Positions 1-11,400 of a stretch of 64,000 bases of DNA are shown here, in pieces. Position numbers and translations under genes: made by a program. The notes below the pieces were generated by a model. The model searched no databases. It was given only the letters and a program-made list of their open reading frames with translations, and was not told the DNA's origin. Every line of letters begins with the position of its first letter. Position 1 is the stretch's first letter. This stretch comes from Auanema rhodensis (Eukaryota; Animalia; Nematoda), in the NCBI GenBank assembly GCA_964057225.1, contig OZ059899.1, positions 930,001 through 994,000 of the forward strand, written 5' to 3'.

Positions 1-95
1 CAAAAAGTAGATGTTTTTAGATTTCTTTTTTCAAGGCAAAGACGATGGACAATGTTATTCAACGAAAAAATTAATTCTTCAGGGTGAAAATCGAG

Positions 96-117
96 GATAT
101 AAGTGTGAACTTATATC
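96..117. other. Inverted repeat IR1 (GATATAAGT-GTGA-ACTTATATC), 9-bp arms and 4-nt loop, once per monomer
   Basis: 96-104 GATATAAGT is the exact reverse complement of 109-117 ACTTATATC. It is present at the same offset in every full monomer, with some arm variants. Confidence 0.9.
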
Positions 118-268
118 AGTTGATATCTCGGTGCTTTTTTAAGCTAGCGCAAATCTGATAACACATATCGACGCAGCTTAAAAATCCGCATCGAATGCAC
201 TATACTACATTGAGAAACGCTTAATACAAAAATTAGTTATGATCGTTTGAAAAATGATGCATTAGTGT

Positions 269-296
269 ATGTTGAGTTTCCATGTACACTCAACAT
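269..296. other. Inverted repeat IR2 (ATGTTGAGT-TTCCATGTAC-ACTCAACAT), 9-bp arms and 10-nt loop, once per monomer
   Basis: 269-277 ATGTTGAGT is the exact reverse complement of 288-296 ACTCAACAT. Confidence 0.9.
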
Positions 297-302
297 TGCT
301 TC

Positions 303-344
303 CAAAAACATTTTGACAAAAATTTTTTCGAAAAATTTCAAAAT
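303..344. other. A/T-tract-rich cluster of nested palindromes, once per monomer
   Basis: CAAAA-ACA-TTTTG (303-315), TTTTG-A-CAAAA (311-321), AAAAATTTTT (318-327), the perfect 12-bp TTTTTCGAAAAA (324-335), and the outer pair ATTTTGA/TCAAAAT (310-316/338-344). Confidence 0.8.
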
Positions 345-3300
345 AATTTAGCAAAAAGTAGATGTTTTTAGATTCCGTTTTTCAAGGCAAAGACGATGAA
401 CAATTTTATTCAACGAAAAAAATAATTCTTCAGGGTGAAAATCGAGGATATAAGTGTGAACTTATATCAGTTGATATCTCGGTGCTTTTTTAAGCTAGCG
501 CAAATCTGATAACACATATCGACGCAGCTTAAAAATCCGCATCGAATGCACTATACTACATTGAGAAACGCTTAATACAAAAATTAGTTATGATCGTTTG
601 AAAAATGATGCATTAGTGTATGTTGAGTTTCCATGTACACTCAACATTGCTTCCAAAAACATTTTGACAAAAATTTTTTCGAAAAATTTCAAAATAATTT
701 AGCAAAAAGTAGATGTTTTTAGATTCCGTTTTTCAAGGCAAAGACGATGAACAATGTTATTCAACGAAAAAAATAATTCTTCAGGGTGAAAATCGAGGAT
801 ATAAGTGTGAACTTATATCAGTTGATATCTCGGTGCTTTTTTAAGCTAGCGCAAATCTGATAACACAGATCGACGCAGCTTAAAAATCCGCATCGAATGC
901 ACTATACTACATTGAGAAACGCTTAATACAAAAATTAGTTATGATCGTTTGAAAAATGATGCATTAGTGTATGTTGAGTTTCCATGTACACTCAACATTG
1001 CTTCCAAAAACATTTTGACAAAAATTTTTTCGAAAAATTTCGAATTAATTTAGCAAAAAGTAGATGTTTTTAGATTCCGTTTTTCAAAGCAAAGACGATG
1101 GACAATGTTATTCAACGAAAAAAATAATTCTTCAGGGTGAAAATCGAGGATATAAGTGTGAACTTATATCAGTTGATATCTCGGTGCATTTTCAAGCTAG
1201 CGCAAATCTGACAACACAGATCGACGCAGCTCAAAAATCCGCATCGAATGCACCATACTACATTGAGAAACGCTTAATACAAAAATTAGTTATGATCGTT
1301 TGAAAAATGATGCATTAGTGTATGTTGAGTTTCCATGTACACTCAACATTGCTTCCAAAAACATTTTGACAAAAATTTTTTCGAAAAATTTCAAAATAAT
1401 TTAGCAAAAAGTAGATGTTTTTAGATTCCGTTTTTCAAAGCAAAGACGATGGACAATGTTATTCAACGAAAAAAATAATTCTTCAGGGTGAAAATCGAGG
1501 ATATATGTGTGAACTCATATCAGTTGATATCTCGGTGCATTTTTAAGCTAGCGCAAATCTGATAACACAGATCGACGCAACTCAACAATCCGCATCGAAT
1601 GCACTATACTACATTGAGAAACGCTTAATACAAAAATTAGTTATGATCGTTTGAAAAATGATGCATTAGTGTATGTTGAGTTTCCATGTACACTCAATAT
1701 TGCTTCCAAAAACATTTTGACAAAATTTTTTTCGAAAAATTTCAAGATAATTTAGCAAAAAGTAGATGTTTTTAGATTCCATTTTTCAAGGCAAAGACGA
1801 TAGACAATGTTATTCAACGAAAAAATTAATTCTTCAGGGTGAAAATCGAGGATATGAGTGTGAACTTATATCAGTTGATATCTCGGTGCATTTTTAAGCT
1901 AGCGCAAATCTGATAACACAGATCGACGCAGCTTAAAAATCCGCATCGAATGCACTATACTACATTGAGAAACGCTTAATACAAAAATTAGTTATGATCG
2001 TTTGAAAAATGATGCATTAGTGTATGTTGAGTTTCCATGTACACTCAACATTGCTTCCAAAAACATTTTGACAAAAATTTTTTCGAAAAATTTCAAAATA
2101 ATTTAGCAAAAAGTAGATGTTTTTAGATTCCGTTTTTCAAAGCAAAGACGATGGACAATGTTATTCAACGAAAAAAATAATTCTTCAGGGTGAAAATCGA
2201 GGATATATGTGTGAACTCATATCAGTTGATATCTCGGTGCATTTTTAAGCTAGCGCAAATCTGATAACACAGATCGACGCAACTCAACAATCCGCATCGA
2301 ATGCACTATACTACATTGAGAAACGCTTAATACAAAAATTAGTTATGATCGTTTGAAAAATGATGCATTAGTGTATGTTGAGTTTCCATGTACACTCAAT
2401 ATTGCTTCCAAAAACATTTTGACAAAATTTTTTTCGAAAAATTTCAAGATAATTTAGCAAAAAGTAGATGTTTTTAGATTTCATTTTTCAAGGCAAAGAC
2501 GATAGACAATGTTATTCAACGAAAAAATTAATTCTTCAGGGTGAAAATCGAGGATATGAGTGTGAACTTATATCAGTTGATATCTCGGTGCATTTTTAAG
2601 CTAGCGCAAATCTGATAACACAGATCGACGCAGCTTAAAAATCCGCATCGAATGCACTATACTACATTGAGAAACGCTTAATACAAAAATTAGTTATGAT
2701 CGTTTGAAAAATGATGCATTAGTGTATGTTGAGTTTCCATGTACACTCAACATTGCTTCCAAAAACATTTTGACAAAAATTTTTTCGAAAAATTTCAAAA
2801 TAATTTAGCAAAAAGTAGATGTTTTTAGATTCCTTTTTTCAAGGCAAAGACGATGGACAATGTTATTCAACGAAAAAATTAATTCTTCAGGGTGAAAATC
2901 GAGGATATAAGTGTGAACTTATATCAGTTGATATCTCGGTGCTTTTTTAAGCTAGCGCAAATCTGATAACACATATCGACGCAGCTTAAAAATCCGCATC
3001 GAATGCACTATACTACATTGAGAAACGCTTAATACAAAAATTAGTTATGATCGTTTGAAAAATGATGCATTAGTGTATGTTGAGTTTCCATGTACACTCA
3101 ACATTGCTTCCAAAAACATTTTGACAAAAATTTTTTCGAAAAATTTCGAATTAATTTAGCAAAAAGTAGATGTTTTTAGATTCCGTTTTTCAAAGCAAAG
3201 ACGATGGACAATGTTATTCAACGAAAAAAATAATTCTTCAGGGTGAAAATCGAGGATATAAGTGTGAACTTATATCAGTTGATATCTCGGTGCATTTTCA

Positions 3301-5616
3301 AGCTAGCGCAAATCTGATAACACAGATCGACGCAGCTCAAAAATCCGCATCGAATGCACCATACTACATTGAGAAACGCTTAATACAAAAATTAGTTATG
3401 ATCGTTTGAAAAATGATGCATTAGTGTATGTTGAGTTTCCATGTACACTCAACATTGCTTCCAAAAACATTTTGACAAAAATTTTTTCGAAAAATTTCAA
3501 AATAATTTAGCAAAAAGTAGATGTTTTTAGATTCCGTTTTTCAAAGCAAAGACGATGGACAATGTTATTCAACGAAAAAAATAATTCTTCAGGGTGAAAA
3601 TCGAGGATATATGTGTGAACTCATATCAGTTGATATCTCGGTGCATTTTTAAGCTAGCGCAAATCTGATAACACAGATCGACGCAACTCAACAATCCGCA
3701 TCGAATGCACTATACTACATTGAGAAACGCTTAATACAAAAATTAGTTATGATCGTTTGAAAAATGATGCATTAGTGTATGTTGAGTTTCCATGTACACT
3801 CAATATTGCTTCCAAAAACATTTTGACAAAATTTTTTTCGAAAAATTTCAAGATAATTTAGCAAAAAGTAGATGTTTTTAGATTCCATTTTTCAAGGCAA
3901 AGACGATAGACAATGTTATTCAACGAAAAAATTAATTCTTCAGGGTGAAAATCGAGGATATGAGTGTGAACTTATATCAGTTGATATCTCGGTGCATTTT
4001 TAAGCTAGCGCAAATCTGATAACACAGATCGACGCAGCTTAAAAATCCGCATCGAATGCACTATACTACATTGAGAAACGCTTAATACAAAAATTAGTTA
4101 TGATCGTTTGAAAAATGATGCATTAGTGTATGTTGAGTTTCCATGTACACTCAACATTGCTTCCAAAAACATTTTGACAAAAATTTTTTCGAAAAATTTC
4201 AAAATAATTTAGCAAAAAGTAGATGTTTTTAGATTCCTTTTTTCAAGGCAAAGACGATGGACAATGTTATTCAACGAAAAAATTAATTCTTCAGGGTGAA
4301 AATCGAGGATATAAGTGTGAACTTATATCAGTTGATATCTCGGTGCTTTTTTAAGCTAGCGCAAATCTGATAACACATATCGACGCAGCTTAAAAATCCG
4401 CATCGAATGCACTATACTACATTGAGAAACGCTTAATACAAAAATTAGTTATGATCGTTTGAAAAATGATGCATTAGTGTATGTTGAGTTTCCATGTACA
4501 CTCAACATTGCTTCCAAAAACATTTTGACAAAAATTTTTTCGAAAAATTTCAAAATAATTTAGCAAAAAGTAGATGTTTTTAGATTCCGTTTTTCAAGGC
4601 AAAGACGATGAACAATTTTATTCAACGAAAAAAATAATTCTTCAGGGTGAAAATCGAGGATATAAGTGTGAACTTATATCAGTTGATATCTCGGTGCTTT
4701 TTTAAGCTAGCGCAAATCTGATAACACAGATCGACGCAGCTTAAAAATCCGCATCGAATGCACTATACTACATTGAGAAACGCTTAATACAAAAATTAGT
4801 TATGATCGTTTGAAAAATGATGCATTAGTGTATGTTGAGTTTCCATGTACACTCAACATTGCTTCCAAAAACATTTTGACAAAAATTTTTTCGAAAAATT
4901 TCAAAATAATTTAGCAAAAAGTAGATGTTTTTAAATTCCGTTTTTCAAAGCAAAGACGATGGACAATGTTATTCAACGAAAAAAATAATTCTTCAGGGTG
5001 AAAATCGAGGATATAAGTGTGAACTTATATCAGTTGATATCTCGGTGCATTCTCAAGCTAGCGCAAATCTGATAACACAGATCGACGCAGCTCAAAAATC
5101 CGCATCGAATGCACCATACTACATTGAGAAACGCTTAATACAAAAATTAGTTATGATCGTTTGAAAAATGATGCATTAGTGTATGTTGAGTTTCCATGTA
5201 CACTCAACATTGCTTCCAAAAACATTTTGACAAAAATTTTTTCGAAAAATTTCAAAATAATTTAGCAAAAAGTAGATGTTTTTAGATTCCGTTTTTCAAA
5301 GCAAAGACGATGGACAATGTTATTCAACGAAAAAAATAATTCTTCAGGGTAAAAATCGAGGATATAAGTGTGAACTTATATCAGTTGATATCTCGGTGCA
5401 TTTTCAAGCTAGCGCAAATCTGATAACACAGATCGACGCAGCTCAAAAATCCGCATCGAATGCACTATACTACATTAAGAAACGCTTAATACAAAAATTA
5501 GTTATGATCGTTTGAAAAATGATGCATTAGTGTATGTTGAGTTTCCATGTACACTCAACATTGCTTCCAAAAACATTTTGGCAAAAATTTTTTCGAAAAA
5601 TTTCAAGATAATTTAG

Positions 5617-5967
5617 CGAAAAGTAGATGTTTTTAGATTCCGTTTTTCAAGGCAAAGACGATGGACAATGTTATTCAACGAAAAAATTAATTCTTCAGGG
5701 TGAAAATCGAGGATATAAGTGTGAACTTATATCAGTTGATATCTCGGTGCATTTTCAAGCTAGCGCAAATCTGATAACACAGATCGACGCAGCTCAAAAA
5801 TCCGCATCGAATGCACTATACTACATTAAGAAACGCTTAATACAAAAATTAGTTATGATCGTTTGAAAAATGATGCATTAGTGTATGTTGAGTTTCCATG
5901 TACACTCAACATTGCTTCCAAAAACATTTTGACAAAAATTTTTTCGAAAAATTTCAAGATAATTTAG
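5617..5967 (+). repeat. Representative near-consensus 351-bp monomer
   Basis: One full period. A hand count of the consensus gives about 113 G+C of 351. It contains EcoRV (GATATC, offset 122), NheI (GCTAGC, 143) and NsiI (ATGCAT, 257) sites, which should release a 351-bp band. Confidence 0.95.
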
Positions 5968-8073
5968 CGAAAAGTAGATGTTTTTAGATTCCGTTTTTCA
6001 AGGCAAAGACGATGGACAATGTTATTCAACAAAAAAATTAATTCTTCAGGGTGAAAATCGAGGATATAAGTGTGAACTTATATCAGTTGATATCTCGGTG
6101 CATTTTCAAGCTAGCGCAAATCTGATAACACAGATCGACGCAGCTCAAAAATCCGCATCGAATGCACCATACTACATTGAGAAACGCTTAATACAAAAAT
6201 TAGTTATGATCGTTTGAAAAATGATGCATTAGTGTATGTTGAGTTTCCATGTACACTCAATATTGCTTCCAAAAACATTTTGACAAAATTTTTTTCGAAA
6301 AATTTCAAGATAATTTAGCAAAAAGTAGATGTTTTTAGATTCCATTTTTCAAGGCAAAGACGATAGACAATGTTATTCAACGAAAAAATTAATTCTTCAG
6401 GGTGAAAATCGAGGATATGAGTGTGAACTTATATCAGTTGATATCTCGGTGCATTTTTAAGCTAGCGCAAATCTGATAACACAGATCGACGCAGCTTAAA
6501 AATCCGCATCGAATGCACTATACTACATTGAGAAACGCTTAATACAAAAATTAGTTATGATCGTGTGAAAAATGATGCATTAGTGTATGTTGAGTTTCCA
6601 TGTACACTCAACATTGCTTCCAAAAACATTTTGACAAAAATTTTTTCGAAAAATTTCAAAATAATTTAGCAAAAAGTAGATGTTTTTAGATTCCTTTTTT
6701 CAAGGCAAAGACGATGGACAATGTTATTCAACGAAAAAATTAATTCTTCAGGGTGAAAATCGAGGATATGAGTGTGAACTTATATCAGTTGATATCTCGG
6801 TGCATTTTTAAGCTAGCGCAAATCTGATAACACAGATCGACGCAGCTTAAAAATCCGCATCGAATGCACTATACTACATTGAGAAACGCTTAATACAAAA
6901 ATTAGTTATGATCGTGTGAAAAATGATGCATTAGTGTATGTTGAGTTTCCATGTACACTCAACATTGCTTCCAAAAACATTTTGACAAAAATTTTTTCGA
7001 AAAATTTCAAAATAATTTAGCAAAAAGTAGATGTTTTTAGATTCCTTTTTTCAAGGCAAAGACGATGGACAATGTTATTCAACGAAAAAATTAATTCTTC
7101 AGGGTGAAAATCGAGGATATAAGTGTGAACTTATATCAGTTGATATCTCGGTGCTTTTTTAAGCTAGCGCAAATCTGATAACACATATCGACGCAGCTTA
7201 AAAATCCGCATCGAATGCACTATACTATATTGAGAAACGCTTAATAAAAAAATTAGTTATGATCGTTTGAAAAATGATGCATTAGTGTATGTTGAGTTTC
7301 CATGTACACTCAACATTGCTTCCAAAAACATTTTGACAAAAATTTTTTCGAAAAATTTCAAAATAATTTAGCAAAAAGTAGATGTTTTTAGATTCCGTTT
7401 TTCAAGGCAAAGACGATGAACAATGTTATTCAACGAAAAAAATAATTCTTCAGGGTGAAAATCGAGGATATAAGTGTGAACTTATATCAGTTGATATCTC
7501 GGTGCATTTTCAAGCTAGCGCAAATCTGATAACACAGATCGACGCAGCTCAAAAATCCGCATCGAATGCACTATACTACATTAAGAAACGCTTAATACAA
7601 AAATTAGTTATGATCGTTTGAAAAATGATGCATTAGTGTATGTTGAGTTTCCATGTACACTCAACATTGCTTCCAAAAACATTTTGACAAAAATTTTTTC
7701 GAAAAATTTCAAAATAATTTAGCAAAAAGTAGATGTTTTTAGATTCCTTTTTTCAAGGCAAAGACGATGGACAATGTTATTCAACGAAAAAATTAATTCT
7801 TCAGGGTGAAAATCGAGGATATATGTGTGAACTCATATCAGTTGATATCTCGGTGCATTTTTAAGCTAGCGCAAATCTGATAACACAGATCGACGCAGCT
7901 CAACAATCCGCATCGAATGCACTATACTACATTGAGAAACGCTTAATACAAAAATTAGTTATGATCGTTTGAAAAATGATGCATTAGTGTATGTTGAGTT
8001 TCCATGTACACTCAACATTGCTTCCAAAAACATTTTGACAAAAATTTTTTCGAAAAATTTCAAGATAATTTAG

Positions 8074-8423
8074 CGAAAAGTAGATGTTTTTAGATTCCGT
8101 TTTTCAAGGCAAAGACGATGGACAATGTTATTCAACGAAAAAATTAATTCTTCAGGGTGAAAATCGAGGATATAAGTGTGAACTTATATCAGTTGATATC
8201 TCGGTGCATTTTCAAGCTAGCGCAAATCTGATAACACAGATCGACGCAGCTCAAAAATCCGCATCGAATGCACTATACTACATTAAGAAACGCTTAATAC
8301 AAAAATTAGTTATGATCGTTTGAAAAATGATGCATTAGTGTATGTTGAGTTTCCTGTACACTCAACATTGCTTCCAAAAACATTTTGACAAAAATTTTTT
8401 CGAAAAATTTCAAAATAATTTAG
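8074..8423. repeat. 350-bp monomer with a 1-bp deletion
   Basis: Reads TTTCCTGTACA near 8350-8360 instead of TTTCCATGTACA. ORF spacing 8084 to 8785 is 701 rather than 702. Confidence 0.9.
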
Positions 8424-11400
8424 CAAAAAGTAGATGTTTTTAGATTCCTTTTTTCAAGGCAAAGACGATGGACAATGTTATTCAACGAAAAAATTAATTC
8501 TTCAGGGTGAAAATCGAGGATATATGTGTGAACTCATATCAGTTGATATCTCGGTGCATTTTTAAGCTAGCGCAAATCTGATAACACAGATCGACGCAGC
8601 TCAACAATCCGCATCGAATGCACTATACTACATTGAGAAACGCTTAATACAAAAATTAGTTATGATCGTTTGAAAAATGATGCATTAGTGTATGTTGAGT
8701 TTCCATGTACACTCAACATTGCTTCCAAAAACATTTTGACAAAAATTTTTTCGAAAAATTTCAAGATAATTTAGCGAAAAGTAGATGTTTTTAGATTCCG
8801 TTTTTCAAGGCAAAGACGATGGACAATGTTATTCAACGAAAAAATTAATTCTTCAGGGTGAAAATCGAGGATATAAGTGTGAACTTATATCAGTTGATAT
8901 CTCGGTGCATTTTCAAGCTAGCGCAAATCTGATAACACAGATCGACGCAGCTCAAAAATCCGCATCGAATGCACTATACTACATTAAGAAACGCTTAATA
9001 CAAAAATTAGTTATGATCGTTTGAAAAATGATGCATTAGTGTATGTTGAGTTTCCATGTACACTCAACATTGCTTCCAAAAACATTTTGACAAAAATTTT
9101 TTCGAAAAATTTCAAAATAATTTAGCAAAAAGTAGATGTTTTTAGATTCCTTTTTTCAAGGCAAAGACGATGGACAATGTTATTCAACGAAAAAATTAAT
9201 TCTTCAGGGTGAAAATCGAGGATATATGTGTGAACTCATATCAGTTGATATCTCGGTGCATTTTTAAGCTAGCGCAAATCTGATAACACAGATCGACGCA
9301 GCTCAACAATCCGCATCGAATGCACTATACTACATTGAGAAACGCTTAATACAAAAATTAGTTATGATCGTTTGAAAAATGATGCATTAGTGTATGTTGA
9401 GTTTCCATGTACACTCAACATTGCTTCCAAAAACATTTTGACAAAAATTTTTTCGAAAAATTTCAAGATAATTTAGCGAAAAGTAGATGTGTTTAGATTC
9501 CGTTTTTCAAGGCAAAGACGATGGACAATGTTATTCAACGAAAAAATTAATTCTTCAGGGTGAAAATCGAGGATATAAGTGTGAACTTATATCAGTTGAT
9601 ATCTCGGTGCATTTTCAAGCTAGCGCAAATCTGATAACACAGATCGACGCAGCTCAAAATTCCGCATCGAATGCACTATACTACATTGAGAAACGCTTAA
9701 TACAAAAATTAGTTATGATCGTTTGAAAAATGATGCATTAGTGTATGTTGAGTTTCCATGTACACTCAACATTGCTTCCAAAAACATTTTGACAAAAATT
9801 TTTTCGAAAAATTTCAAATTAATTTAGCAAAAAGTAGATGTTTTTAGATTCCGTTTTTCAAGGCAAAGACGATGGACAATGTTATTCAACGAAAAAAATA
9901 ATTCTTCAGGGTGAAAATCGAGGATATAAGTGTGAACTTATATCAATTGATATCTCGGTGCTTTTTTAAGCTAGCGCAAATCTGATCACACAGATCGACG
10001 CAGCTCAAAAATCCGCATCGAATGCACTATACTACATTGAGAAACGCTTAATACAAAAATTAGTTATGATTGTTTGAAAAATGATGCATTAGTGTATGTT
10101 GAGTTTCCATGTACACTCAACATTGCTTCCAAAAACATTTTGACAAAAATTTTTTCGAAAAATTTCAGAATAATTTAGCGAAAAGTAGATGTTTTTAGGT
10201 TCCGTTTTTCAAAGCAAAGACGATGGACGATGTTATTCAACGAAAAAATTAATTCTTCAGGGTGAAAATCGAGGATATAAGTGTGAACTTATATCAGTTG
10301 ATATCTCGGTGCATTTTTAAGCTAGCGCAAATCTGATAACACAGATCGACGCAGCTCAAAAATCCGCATCGAATGCACTATACTACATTGAGAAACGCTT
10401 AATACAAAAATTAGTTATGATCGTTTGAAAAATGATGCATTAGTGTATGTTGAGTTTCCATGTACACTCAACATTGCTTCCAAAAACATTTTGACAAAAA
10501 TTTTTTCGAAAAATTTCAAAATAATTTAGCAAAAAGTAGATGTTTTTAGATTCCGTTTTTCAAGGCAAAGACGATGGACAATGTTATTCAACGAAAAAAT
10601 TAATTCTTCAGGGTGAAAATCGAGGATATAAGTGTGAACTTATATCAGTTGATATCTCGGTGCATTTTCAAGCTAGCGCAAATCTGATAACACAGATCGA
10701 CGCAGCTCAAAAATCCGCATCGAATGCACTATACTACATTGAGAAACGCTTAATACAAAAATTAGTTATGATCGTTTGAAAAATGATGCATTAGTGTCTG
10801 TTGAGTTTCCATGTACACTCAACATTGCTTCCAAAAACATTTTGACAAAAATTTTTTCGAAAAATTTCAAATTAATTTAGCAAAAAGTAGATGTTTTTAG
10901 ATTCCGTTTTTCAAGGCAAAGACGATGGACAATGTTATTCAACGAAAAAAATAATTCTTCAGGGTGAAAATCGAGGATATAAGTGTGAACTTATATCAAT
11001 TGATATCTCGGTGCTTTTTTAAGCTAGCGCAAATCTGATAACACAGATCGACGCAGCTCAAAAATCCGCATCGAATGCACTATACTACATTGAGAAACGC
11101 TTAATACAAAAATTAGTTATGATTGTTTGAAAAATGATGCATTAGTGTATGTTGAGTTTCCATGTACACTCAACATTGCTTCCAAAAACATTTTGACAAA
11201 AATTTTTTCGAAAAATTTCAAGATAATTTAGCGAAAAGTAGATGTTTTTAGATTCCGTTTTTCAAGGCAAAGACGATGGACAATGTTATTCAACGAAAAA
11301 ATTAATTCTTCAGGGTGAAAATCGAGGATATAAGTGTGAACTTATATCAGTTGATATCTCGGTGCATTTTCAAGCTAGCGCAAATCTGATAACACAGATC

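Noticed and set aside
51-67. CENP-B-box-like motif on the minus strand (TTTCGTTGAATAACATT)
   Set aside because: It matches the TTCG....A half but lacks the essential CGGG half.
155-218. Hammerhead ribozyme, as known from newt, schistosome and cave-cricket satellites (CTGATAA ... GAAAC)
   Set aside because: CTGATAA lacks the conserved G of CUGANGA, and I could not build helix II or the flanking helices around the downstream GAAA. An Rfam scan would settle it.
96-296. IR1 or IR2 as intrinsic terminators or bacterial operators
   Set aside because: The stems are AT-rich with no adjacent U-tract and there are no genes to regulate. The context is a eukaryote-type satellite.
1-351. Assignment to a named family such as Drosophila 1.688/359-bp, Tribolium 340-360-bp satellites or Chironomus telomeric repeats
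   Set aside because: Only monomer size and AT richness are similar. I cannot confirm sequence homology without a database search.
8350-8360. The 1-bp deletion as a biologically meaningful event
   Set aside because: It is a singleton in the IR2 loop and cannot be distinguished from a consensus error without reads.
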